A program made the translations under genes and the position numbers. This document shows positions 49,301 through 57,420 of a DNA stretch of 64,000 nt, piece by piece (position 1 is the first letter of the stretch; every line of letters begins with the position of its first letter). The DNA is from Hyalangium minutum. GTDB taxonomy: Bacteria > Myxococcota > Myxococcia > Myxococcales > Myxococcaceae. A model generated the notes under the pieces. That model was not told where the DNA came from, ran no database searches, and saw nothing but the letters and a program-made list of their open reading frames with translations. Where the stretch lies: positions 1-64,000 of the forward strand of contig NZ_JMCB01000018.1 in NCBI RefSeq assembly GCF_000737315.1, written 5' to 3'.

Positions 49301-50613
49301 GGGTCGCGGGCCAGGTCATGCCGGACAAAGATGCACAGCTCGCGCACGGCCTTGGAGATTCGATAGCCGCCCTCGACCTGCGTGAAGAAGCGCGTCTTCC
49401 GCTCTTGGCTCACGTCTTTCAAGGCGCTGTCCGGGTAGAGCCCGGCGCGGGCCTTCTCGATGGCCTGCGCGCTGATGTCCGAGCCGAAGATCTGGATCGG
49501 ACCCGAGCGCCGCACGTCTCCCAGGAACTCCAGGAGGGAGATGGCGAGCGAGTAAACCTCTTCCCCGGTGGAGCACCCCGCCGCCCACAGCCGGAGGGGC
49601 GCTCCCTCTGGCGCGTGCTTGAGGAGCACCGGGAAGACATGTTTCTTCAGCGCCTCAAAGGCCTCCGGATCCCGGAAGAAAGAGGTGACGTGAATGAGGA
49701 CGTCCTCGTAGAGGGCCACAGCTTCGTCGGGGGCCTGCTCGAGGAACTTCACGTAGTCCTGCAGGTTCTCCATGCGGCGCAGCGCCATCCGGCGGGCGAG
49801 CCGCCGCTCGAAAGTGGCCGACTTGTATTCGCTGAAGTCGATCCCGACGGCGCTGCGCACCAGGGAGAAGAGCCGCTGGAGCATCTCGTCATCCGGGGCG
49901 TGCCGGGGCCACTCCGCCTCGGCGGTAGTGGTATAGGAGTGACGGCTCAGCCGCACGAGCTCCTCGGCGATCTGCGGCAGCGCCAGGCAGGAGTCCACGA
50001 CTCGGGCCTGGACGGCGCTCTGAGGCATCCCTCCGAACTTCGCTGACCGCGGCTCCTGCACGAGCGTGATGCCGCTCTCCTCCTTGATGGCCCTGAGCCC
50101 TTCGGTGCCATCCGAGGCAGTGCCCGAGAGGATCACGCCGATCGCGTGGCTGCCGCGCGCAGCGGCGAGGGAGCGCAGGAAGGTGTCGACCGGCAGGTGC
50201 AGCTTGTGCGCCTCGTTTCCTCGCGCCCGCAGGCTGAGCACGTCGTCCGTGATCTCCATGTCCGCGTCCGGCGGGATGACGTAGACGTGGTTGGGTTTCA
50301 CGCGCATCCCATTCTCGGCCTGGGTGACCGGCATCTGGGTCGCCTTGGACAGGGACTCGCTCAGGAAGCTGGTGTACGTGGGGGACAGGTGTTGGATAAA
50401 GACGAAGGCCATCCCGGTGTCGGGCGGCAGCAGCGAGAGGAGCTGGGTGAACGCCTCGAGCCCTCCCGCGGACGCACCAATTCCCACCACCGGAAAGGAT
50501 GGACTGGGCGCACGCTTGGGAGGCGGAGCGGCGGGCCGCTTGGGCGCTGCTCGGGATGAAGAGGCGTGTCGCCGGGTCTTGGCAAACCTGGCCTTGCTCG
50601 GCTGCTTCTTCAC
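46312..50613 (-). CDS. CheB methylesterase-CheR methyltransferase-PAS-histidine kinase-receiver fusion
   Basis: GIGASAGG/QHL/SGTASDG; FFRD, AGCSTGEE, CRNVLIYF; SHELRTPL, NLLTNAIKF, GLGLGL; LVVDDD...SDIAMP. Confidence 0.93.
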   Translation of the reverse strand: MKKQPSKARFAKTRRHASSSRAAPKRPAAPPPKRAPSPSFPVVGIGASAGGLEAFTQLLSLLPPDTGMAFVFIQHLSPTYTSFLSESLSKATQMPVTQAENGMRVKPNHVYVIPPDADMEITDDVLSLRARGNEAHKLHLPVDTFLRSLAAARGSHAIGVILSGTASDGTEGLRAIKEESGITLVQEPRSAKFGGMPQSAVQARVVDSCLALPQIAEELVRLSRHSYTTTAEAEWPRHAPDDEMLQRLFSLVRSAVGIDFSEYKSATFERRLARRMALRRMENLQDYVKFLEQAPDEAVALYEDVLIHVTSFFRDPEAFEALKKHVFPVLLKHAPEGAPLRLWAAGCSTGEEVYSLAISLLEFLGDVRRSGPIQIFGSDISAQAIEKARAGLYPDSALKDVSQERKTRFFTQVEGGYRISKAVRELCIFVRHDLARDPPFSKLDLVTCRNVLIYFTPELQKRVLATFHYCLNDPGFLLLGRTESISGFSQLFIPVNKAQKLLARSAGPSKLRFTRGSVFQPPEKPVSGHASMEHAGSPPDAARRIDRLLLSRYAPPGVVVNDKLEIVQFRGHTGPYLEPAPGEPQFNILKMAREGLLSPLRVALAQARKKSAPTRMEGVQVGQNGSTHLCDIVVVPVAGLPEEKERLYVVMFEEVALPGKRGKKPVHQETARPAKGKEAHRVPAMKLELAATKDYLQSLLEEHGRTNDALASANEELISSNEELQSLNEELETAKEELQSTNEELTTVNDELHSRNQELNLANSDLVNVLNTVDIPILILDLEQRIRRFTPKARSIMNVLPSDVGRPLKDITLNIDVPDLGSQVVEVIETATVREREVQDRAGHWYRMHLRPYKTTENRIDGAILSLVDIDALKSQVSQVEWARDYATGIVEAVQVPLMVLDADLRVLSANKAFYQAYKASAAETVTRSLFELSGGAWDVPELRASLGQMLAKNTLLEGLELEHVFPHVGRRRMALSARSVHSRTGMPMLLLAIEDITERKQRELERAELLAQAQQAKEEAERANRAKDQFLATLSHELRTPLSTMLMQAQLLRRGAMDDARLKRAGETIERSTKMQVQLIDDLLDVSRIVTGKLLMQLQPIHLHTVVQAALESVSAQADKKSITFEVALDESLGLISGDPTRLQQVVWNLLTNAIKFSPAGQRVTVVLEPMDGHARLRVSDRGAGIEAEALQRVFDRFMQEDSSNTRVFGGLGLGLAIVRHLVELHGGTVHAESPGKGQGATFTVILPLMPVSREQAGPVSPAGSEHTQAHPQPQSAGASLQLRGLRILVVDDDPETRETATELLRLAGAEVRTAESAETALALFEDFRPGVLLSDIAMPGQDGNTLIRKVRALGPKRGGDIPAIALTALVSDADRRAALGAGFQRHLAKPIDIDRLVEAVAETWTGAAPSKEGAASAPLSTVDKGHPRSGL

Positions 50614-50917
50614 TGAAGCCCCCCGTTCTCCGTCGGCCTTTTCACAGACGCGTTCCCTCCGGCGCTTGTGAGCCCGAGGTCTCAGCAGTGCTTCTGTGCC
50701 AGAACGTCTCAACGGTATGGGCCCTCATGGCATGGGGAGTCAATGCGATGGAAGGACGGGGGAACTGTCCCTTCTGCCTACACGCGCCCGGCGGATGGTT
50801 CTTCCACCGCTGCTGCGTATAGGAGGGGTAGGCCGGTGGAGCCATTGACCCTGTGGACGCGCTAGGTTCGCGCGGAAGAAACCCTGTCAGGCTGCTCAAC
50901 CGAGGAGCTGCTCCAGC

Positions 50918-51095
50918 GCTCCCCATCCCTCCCTCGCCGAGGAACCGTACGGGTTGAGAGCGATCCCAGCCTGGGACTGGAAAGGCGGGCTCCTTCCCGC
51001 CAGGAGGGCTGGCCTGTTGGGCCGTGTCGCCGCGCAGCTGCGCCATTAACGAGACGACGGTTCCCTCGGAGAGCGGAGGGCTGAACTGTTGACAT
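50918..51095 (-). pseudogene. 5' fragment of a myxobacterial Ser/Thr kinase (frameshifted, truncated)
   Basis: MSTVQPSA, then after a frame change SEGTVVSL...PAFPVPGWDRSQPVRFLGEGGMG (Gly-rich loop); no further kinase motifs follow. Confidence 0.65.
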
Positions 51096-51216
51096 AGCGA
51101 AGCAGTCGCCCTGCCCTGGGACAGCCTTGGCACGCACGGGCGGCGGAGCATTCGAATGCTCATGCCCGAAGCCCGCGTGAGCAGCTCAGCGTCGCGACAC
51201 TCCCTCGGCCGATCGC

Positions 51217-51357
51217 TCGAAGCTATGAAAACGGGCATTTATGCGGAGAGACCGTTCGCCAGTTCCGAATCATTCGGAAGTCTGCGCTCGCTTGGAGGCA
51301 GGCGTGAGCTGCCCGCTACGGGGGAGCCGACGTGGCGGGCCCTGGAGATTGGCGATG
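51217..51357 (+). repeat. 141-bp direct repeat, copy 1
   Basis: About 85% identical by manual alignment to 54252-54392. Confidence 0.9.
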
Positions 51358-51431
51358 CCATGGGGCCAAGTTGGAGCGCTTCGAGGTGGCGCCCACGGCC
51401 GCCCCCTCTTCCTTCGATGAGAGGACGTGGA

Positions 51432-52145
51432 ATGAACTTCCGAACTTGCGGCGCACTCCGCCACGCCGTTGCCGTTGCCGTAGTCGTCGCTGGGTGCGCC
51501 ACCTCTCAAAAGGCGCCTGAAACCTACGCTTGGGCGCCTGTGCGCCCACCCGCTGTGCCCGGCACGGGCCTCCCCACCCGCGGACAGCCAGGGCAGGTTC
51601 GCCCCCAGCCCCTGCCGCGGAGCCCGCACAAGCGCGTGTTGCCACCCACCCGAGAGCCAGGCCTTTGGGCCGGAGACGCTCCTCAGGCCTCGCAGGAACC
51701 GGAGGCGATCCCCACACCGGAGCGGTCCAGCGCGAACAGGAGGGAGCCGCCTGTCCCGGTGACTACGGAGCGCAGCCACCCCCAGTGCGAGCCCATCCCG
51801 GTGCCGCACGCGGGCGAAGATGACCCGCATAACGAGTGCGCCGACACGTTTCCGCCGAACCGCTACCCCGGAAATGACGTACTCGTTGGCGGCAAGCGCT
51901 TTGATGCGCTGCAAGTCGGAGTGCGTGTGCTATGGGAGATCAAGACCCATCGATTTGAAACGTACAGTGGCTTTCTGCGGGGTCAGGTGATCAGAGATCA
52001 GGTGGTCGAACTGGTGGAAGCGCGAAACATCGCGACGGCCTGTGGATACGGTTTCGTCGTTGGGGTGAGCACCCAAGCCCACAAAGACGCGCTAGAGGCA
52101 GCCGAGCCCTCTCTCACCATCGTCGTCACTGGGTGCAAGCGATGA
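51432..52145 (+). CDS. DUF6310-type lipoprotein with C-terminal PD-(D/E)XK nuclease-like toxin domain
   Basis: Lipobox VAGC; Pro-rich linker; KRFDAL...LWEIKT motif. Confidence 0.75.
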   Translation: MNFRTCGALRHAVAVAVVVAGCATSQKAPETYAWAPVRPPAVPGTGLPTRGQPGQVRPQPLPRSPHKRVLPPTREPGLWAGDAPQASQEPEAIPTPERSSANRREPPVPVTTERSHPQCEPIPVPHAGEDDPHNECADTFPPNRYPGNDVLVGGKRFDALQVGVRVLWEIKTHRFETYSGFLRGQVIRDQVVELVEARNIATACGYGFVVGVSTQAHKDALEAAEPSLTIVVTGCKR

Positions 52146-52900
52146 CCGAACAAAATTCACTCCTTCTCATCGTCTACGCGCCTGCGCTCGTGGGCAATGA
52201 CGGTCGCACGCTCGCTGTAGTCCATGGCATGGAGCGAGCGCTTCCCGGCTTGCGTTTGGAGTGGAAGGTTTCCCCGGAGGGAAAGCCCATCGCGTTGCCG
52301 CAGCGCGATGCGTGGCTCGTCGAAGGAACTCAGAGCGGCGGATTCCCTCTCGTGTGCAACGGCGACGAGGGGTACCCTGTGACGGTCACGGGGTGGGGAA
52401 AACCGGCACGCCTCAGCCCAGGCGGCCAGTCCCTGCTTGAAGTCCATGCAAGCCTGCCACTGGACGGGGCCGTGATCGCGGCATCGGCGGAGTTGCTTGA
52501 AGGCGTGGCAGAGGGAGCACGCGCGCTGTGGGGACATGCGACGCCGTTCCGCGCCGGGGTGGAGATCGCGCGGCAAACGACTGATCCGGTGCATAAGCCG
52601 GGGGTTCCGCCCCGTGGGCTGCCAGCGCTCAAGTTCCCAGAGAAAATCCGCTCGCCTGAGATTCCGCATCGCCTCGGATGGCTGAATTACTGGTCCGCCG
52701 CTGCCGCACAGACCATCGGGTTCCCGGAGCCCTCGCGTGATGCCGACCTACTCTCTCGGGCGCGGCGCACGGCGACGGGCGGGTGGGTCGTTCGGCTCAC
52801 AGAGACGCCGCTCGATCTCGACACTCCCGCGCACCTTGAGGCGCTCTTACGCGCGTACGAGCGCTTCCCGGAGATTGGCGGGCGCGTGACTCCGGGCTGA
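52142..52900 (+). CDS. DUF5953 family protein (putative cognate immunity)
   Basis: ATGA overlap with the upstream gene; LIVYAPAL...GWLNYWS..AA..IGFP...GGWVVRLTETPLDL recalled as the DUF5953 pattern. Confidence 0.72.
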   Translation: MTEQNSLLLIVYAPALVGNDGRTLAVVHGMERALPGLRLEWKVSPEGKPIALPQRDAWLVEGTQSGGFPLVCNGDEGYPVTVTGWGKPARLSPGGQSLLEVHASLPLDGAVIAASAELLEGVAEGARALWGHATPFRAGVEIARQTTDPVHKPGVPPRGLPALKFPEKIRSPEIPHRLGWLNYWSAAAAQTIGFPEPSRDADLLSRARRTATGGWVVRLTETPLDLDTPAHLEALLRAYERFPEIGGRVTPG

Positions 52901-53007
52901 GTGGAGCTGCTGGGCGTCTCCTGGCACGCGCCACCGCGATAACCTGGGGCTCGGCGCTGGGTGCCCCCTTGGGCGTCCAAGCGCACCTCATCCTACGGAG
53001 ATCCAGG

Positions 53008-53472
53008 GTGTTCGCAGGGGGAGTCAGGCGACGGCTGAGATTGTGGAGGTTCGTGGCGGTCCTTTTGATCGCCACGGCGCAGGGGGGCTGCGTCCACGGG
53101 CGCGGTACCGTCGTTGGGCGTATCACGCCGTGGCACTTCCGGTTCAAGACGGTCGTCCCGGTGGATGCCAACGAGGCGCAACCCGATGGGTGGCGAGCAG
53201 TCTGCATCCATGCCCGGATCACGGACGGGGATTCAGGCGCTACCGACCTCTGTAAGTTCGAGGTGGGCCTGCCGATTCGGAACACCCAACAGAGGGAGGT
53301 CTCTCTGGAAGTGGCCCAGCACGTGGCGGCGTACATGGCCAACGAGGCGGCGGATCAAGTCCTCTCGAGGGTGCAGCCTGGAGAGATGATCGCCATCCTG
53401 TGTCGCAGGTTCAAGGTGGAGTACCAGCAGAGGCTCTGGGAGAGTGTCGCGGGGTCTCAAGTTTCGGAGTGA
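53008..53472 (+). CDS. Cys-containing lipoprotein, probably truncated by a premature TGA (read-through to 53535)
   Basis: GTG with ggag RBS; RRRLRLW...QGGC lipobox; the frame stays open 20 codons past the TGA and then overlaps the next ATG. Confidence 0.6.
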   Translation: MFAGGVRRRLRLWRFVAVLLIATAQGGCVHGRGTVVGRITPWHFRFKTVVPVDANEAQPDGWRAVCIHARITDGDSGATDLCKFEVGLPIRNTQQREVSLEVAQHVAAYMANEAADQVLSRVQPGEMIAILCRRFKVEYQQRLWESVAGSQVSE

Positions 53473-53527
53473 CAGACCCGGGGCATCGAGACCGTCTATT
53501 TCGACATTCCCGCGAGGAGCCGTAGGA

Positions 53528-54208
53528 ATGAGTGAGTTGACACGGGAATCATTGGCTGGAATCGCACGCCAATTCTACCCTGCAGGTTTCCCTGCGGAGG
53601 AGGAGGACCTGAGCGAGCCGGTTCCCGCCTACCAGCGCACGCCCGAGCACGAGCGGTTCATGGCGGCTTGGGAGAAGGCGCTGGCGTGGCCCGAGTGGAA
53701 GAAGCTCATGAAGGAACTTCCGCACGCCTTCCCTGGGATGGGGGTTGGCAGTGGAACTCAACCCTTTGTCTCTGCCTGCCTGCGGTGTTTTGTCTACCGC
53801 GTGGAGCCCATGCCAGAAGGGAAGCGGTTCGCAACTCGCATCGCCGCTGCTGTCAGCGTCCTCGCGCCTGTCTATGTCGTTCATGTCACGACCCAGCTCT
53901 GGCACCCGACCTACACCCCCTACGGTCAGCAGAGTGGCCCCCTTTCTTCAGGCGCTGCCCCCGACGACGGGTCCTCTCGGCTCTATCACTTCTCCCAGCC
54001 CCAACTCGCGTTCGAGCCTCCCAGCGTGGTCAAGCCCGAGGCGGACACCCTGGCTCGCGTGATTGAAGAAAGACTCGGCTATCGGCGCTTCCCGCAGGCG
54101 CTAGCGGACGAGTCTTTGCCGGAGCTCCGAGTGGGCTTCCTGAATGGAGAAGGTCCGCCCACACTCTTGGAAGCGCTCCTCTCCGACAATCTTGTTCACC
54201 TCCCGTGA
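53528..54208 (+). CDS. Hypothetical cytoplasmic protein (putative immunity partner)
   Basis: RBS agga; MSELTRESLAGIARQFYPAG...; coupled to the upstream lipoprotein frame. Confidence 0.7.
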   Translation: MSELTRESLAGIARQFYPAGFPAEEEDLSEPVPAYQRTPEHERFMAAWEKALAWPEWKKLMKELPHAFPGMGVGSGTQPFVSACLRCFVYRVEPMPEGKRFATRIAAAVSVLAPVYVVHVTTQLWHPTYTPYGQQSGPLSSGAAPDDGSSRLYHFSQPQLAFEPPSVVKPEADTLARVIEERLGYRRFPQALADESLPELRVGFLNGEGPPTLLEALLSDNLVHLP

Positions 54209-54251
54209 TGAAGTGGGGTACCGCCGTTCTCAGCACGGGGCGCGCCAACAT

Positions 54252-54392
54252 TCGAGGCTGTAAAAACAAGCACTTACGCGGAGAGGCCGTTCTGTACTTC
54301 CGACTCAGTCGGGAGTCTGCGCTCGGTTGGAGGGAGGCGTGAGTTGCCCGCTATGGGGAGCCGACGTGGCGGGGCCCTGGAGATTGGCGATG
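54252..54392 (+). repeat. 141-bp direct repeat, copy 2
   Basis: Aligns to 51217-51357. Confidence 0.9.
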
Positions 54393-54431
54393 GGCCAGTA
54401 GCACTTCCCCCTCCACTCGTAGGAGGCAGGC

Positions 54432-55070
54432 TCACACGGTGGCTTTGCCGCGGGCCAGGCCTTGTAGCGGGCCGTGGGGGTCTCCGGCGTGCGCGAACTC
54501 GAAGCGCTGCGACTCCGGGCTCTGGTACTGGGGCGTCCCCGGGGGCTGAGGCTGCCGCGTCAGGACGCTCGCCCCGAGGTAGTTGCCCGAGCCGAAGTCG
54601 ATCAGCACGGCGGCGCCCTCTTCATGGCGCACCAGCACGTTCTCGCCCTTCACATCCCGATGCACGCCGCCCGCGGCATGCGTGGCCTCCAGGGCCCGAG
54701 CGACCTGAGCCAGCGCCCGTAGTTTCTCGTGCAAGGAGCGTGGCCGCCGAGCGGCCCACTCGTACATCGTCACACCCTCTACCCAGTCTATCACGAGGTA
54801 CGGAAAGGACTCTCCGTCTGGCGATATCCATTCCCCTCGGTCGTGCAGCCGAGGCACGTGAGGATGACGCGTGCGTGCAAGCAGCTCTCCTTCGCGCTTG
54901 AAGCGAGGATCCTTCGGGTAGCGGGCCACCTTCATGGCGAACGTACCGATTTGCTCCTAGCCTACCCGCTCGACACGGAAGACGAGGCCGTAGACGCCCA
55001 GCCCGCAGCCTCGCAGACCGCGCCAAGGGCCTACCTCCATGCCCGGAGCAAGTAAGAGGGAGCCCCGCAT
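54432..55070 (-). pseudogene. Ser/Thr kinase pseudogene
   Basis: MRGSLLLAPGMEVGPW...GVYGLVFRVERVG*EQIGTFAMKVA: in-frame TAG at 54957-54959; HRDVKGEN, DFG, GTPQYQSPE; truncated next to repeat copy 2. Confidence 0.85.
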
Positions 55071-55235
55071 CTCCCTGTTCCACATGGCACCTCATGGCCA
55101 CCATCGGTCGGACCCAATGTCCGCTCAGTGCCACCCTACCCCACAGGTCGCTCCAGCGTACAAGCGCGGCGTCCGCCCCTCGCCCTATCCCGCCTCAGCA
55201 GCCCCTAGTCCCCAAAATCGTGGGGCGCCTCGGAG

Positions 55236-55259
55236 GGAGGCGGCGGGAATCGACCCCGC
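55236..55259 (-). repeat. tmRNA/tRNA 3'-end-like att fragment A
   Basis: Minus strand GCGGGGTCGATTCCCGCCGCCTCC: T-arm plus acceptor 3' strand with U70; one mismatch to a GCGGGTTCGATTCCCGC T-arm. Confidence 0.7.
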
Positions 55260-55455
55260 AGCCCAGCAAGGCGGGAGCAAAACCATCAGCAGGTCTCGCT
55301 GTTACCGGCTAACGCCTAGAGACTTACGTCGGTCGTTCTGCCATCCCACCCCGCCTCGTCCCGTTCTTACCCCTGCCGGAGGGGCACACTGGGCACTTGA
55401 GCAGTGGGACCTGAGCCAAGGAGATTGAGCATCTAAAGTGCCGCACTTAGCCCAA

Positions 55456-55476
55456 GGTGATCCAATATGGATCACC
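55456..55476. promoter_or_regulatory. Perfect 9-3-9 palindrome (operator candidate)
   Basis: GGTGATCCA-ATA-TGGATCACC. Confidence 0.5.
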
Positions 55477-55765
55477 CTAGCTTTAGCTCTATTGGCGGCA
55501 AGGGGAGCGACCGTCTGAGGACGGTCTCGCTCAGCTTCGGTTTTCCCTTGGCAGAGAAGACGAACAACAAAGAAACTAGCCGCGCTTCGCCGAGACGCAC
55601 ATGATGGCAGGGATGCGCGTGAGTTGCTTCTACCACCTAAAGATGCAGATGCGACCCAAGACAGCGGAAACAAGCTTCTGTTCGCAGTTCACAGTGCTGT
55701 CCTACAAGTGCGCGCTGAATTATCTATCGTCTATGCGGCTCAGTCATTATGCGGAGTGGCTTTAG

Positions 55766-57340
55766 ATGGCAACTTCTCTGAGGCGATTAGGCGAACTAGT
55801 CAAGTTTTATCGCGAACAAAGGGGTTTGACGCAGGAGACACTTGCTCGTCGGGTCAAACCCAAGACGAATCGTTCGCTAATTGCGCACTTAGAACAGGGA
55901 CTGCGGCTCCCTTCCGCCCAAACACTGACGGCTATATGCACTCACCTCAAAATGCCAGAAGCGCTCTGGCGGCCATTTGAGGTGGAGAGCGTCCGAAGCA
56001 GAGCAGTCATAGAAACTGAACTCGGAGCAGTTGCGAGGCCACCGCCACGCTTTATAGCAGTCGCTGGACTCATGGGAAGTGGCAAAACAACTCTCGCGCG
56101 AAAAATAGCGGCTTCGCTGGGCTATTCCTATCTCCCTTCATCAGTCACTGCCAAAGATTACCTGAGCGACTTGAACTCCAACCCACGACGTTGGGCATTT
56201 GAGACCCAACTGGCATTTTTTTGCCACAAAGCAATTCAAGTCAACGAAGCCCTGTCGCGTAGCGAAAGAATCATTCTGGATCGCACTCTCACAGAAGATA
56301 TTCACGTCTTTGCCAAATACTTCGTCAGCAAAGGCCATATCGAAAAACGAGCATTCGATACCTATCTTGAACTAGCGAGCTTTTTTTTCAAGACTCTCCC
56401 GGCTCCAGACATAGTGATCTACTGCGAATGTGCACCGAGCACCGCTATACGCAGAATTCAAAAGCGGCGCCGTGACGATCAGTTCCTGCACTCTCCTCAA
56501 CACATAAAAAGCATCGCCAAGCTTTATGAAGACTGGACGACATCTTACCAAGACTCGACACTCCTTGCGCTTGACGGGAACCGCTTTGATTGGCGGGAGC
56601 AGGTCATTGCCGAGACTGTATGCAGGGAAATCGAGAATGTATGGCTAGGCATTGAGGAGCCTGCACAGCAACTAACTTTGTTCGAGAAACTGGAATCCTC
56701 CTCACCAAAACAAAAGCGGCACGACTTAAGAAACTCCCTTAGCCTACTTCGTCCCATATATGTCAAGCCAAGCGAAGGAACATCGCCATATGGCATGGCT
56801 TCTGTACAACCGCCCTCAACATCTGCATATCCAACAGCCTATATCGCTGCTCCATTTACTGCCAAAGCTAACGCACAGAGCAGGTCCCGCCAGTACAATA
56901 TGATTTTCAGCTCAGCTCCTCATGGCAAGATATCAAGGGGCAAGTACCGCTCCTCGCTACTAGGCATAGAAACTGCCCTGAAGAAACTCGGAATAGCAAC
57001 CCTGCTGCCACACAGAGACGTAAACAAATGGGGCAATCTATCTTTGACACCCAATGAAGTAATGCGATTATGCACTGAACATGTTTCAAAAAGCGATGTA
57101 ATGGTTGCTGTGCTGGGAACTAGTCACGGCTCACATTATGAATTTGGCTTAGCCCGAGGAATGGGCAAACCATGCATCGTCATCTCAAGCGATGAGGTGC
57201 ATAGTTCATTTATTGGAAGCGGGCTAGACAATTCGGATGACCGCGTGTTGTTGCTGAAGTGCAAGCACCTATCTGAAGTCCCAGGGTTATTGCTTGAACA
57301 AAACTCGCAGCGGTTTCTACAGCGATTCCTTTTGATTTAG
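55766..57340 (+). CDS. XRE-HTH / deoxynucleoside kinase / nucleoside 2-deoxyribosyltransferase (DNPH1-like) fusion
   Basis: REQRGLTQETLA...IAHLEQG (XRE); GLMGSGKT, RWAFETQLAFF, DRT, PDIVIY, RIQKRRR (dNK); AYIAAPF, SDVMVA, SHGSHYEFGLA..GKP (NDT). Confidence 0.82.
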   Translation: MATSLRRLGELVKFYREQRGLTQETLARRVKPKTNRSLIAHLEQGLRLPSAQTLTAICTHLKMPEALWRPFEVESVRSRAVIETELGAVARPPPRFIAVAGLMGSGKTTLARKIAASLGYSYLPSSVTAKDYLSDLNSNPRRWAFETQLAFFCHKAIQVNEALSRSERIILDRTLTEDIHVFAKYFVSKGHIEKRAFDTYLELASFFFKTLPAPDIVIYCECAPSTAIRRIQKRRRDDQFLHSPQHIKSIAKLYEDWTTSYQDSTLLALDGNRFDWREQVIAETVCREIENVWLGIEEPAQQLTLFEKLESSSPKQKRHDLRNSLSLLRPIYVKPSEGTSPYGMASVQPPSTSAYPTAYIAAPFTAKANAQSRSRQYNMIFSSAPHGKISRGKYRSSLLGIETALKKLGIATLLPHRDVNKWGNLSLTPNEVMRLCTEHVSKSDVMVAVLGTSHGSHYEFGLARGMGKPCIVISSDEVHSSFIGSGLDNSDDRVLLLKCKHLSEVPGLLLEQNSQRFLQRFLLI

Positions 57341-57420
57341 CGATTTAGATTTAACAACCCGGACCAGATCGCAACTCTACACCTAGAACATCCCCACATT
57401 CTCGCCCCCTCCTGGTAGCA

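Noticed and set aside
51323-51332. GGAGCCGACG shared between the 141-bp repeats and att B
   Set aside because: Only 10 GC-rich bases and the T-loop part is absent, so chance cannot be excluded.
53470-53520. Selenocysteine recoding of the TGA
   Set aside because: No convincing SECIS hairpin directly downstream, and an exported lipoprotein is an unlikely selenoprotein; a nonsense mutation or sequencing error is simpler.
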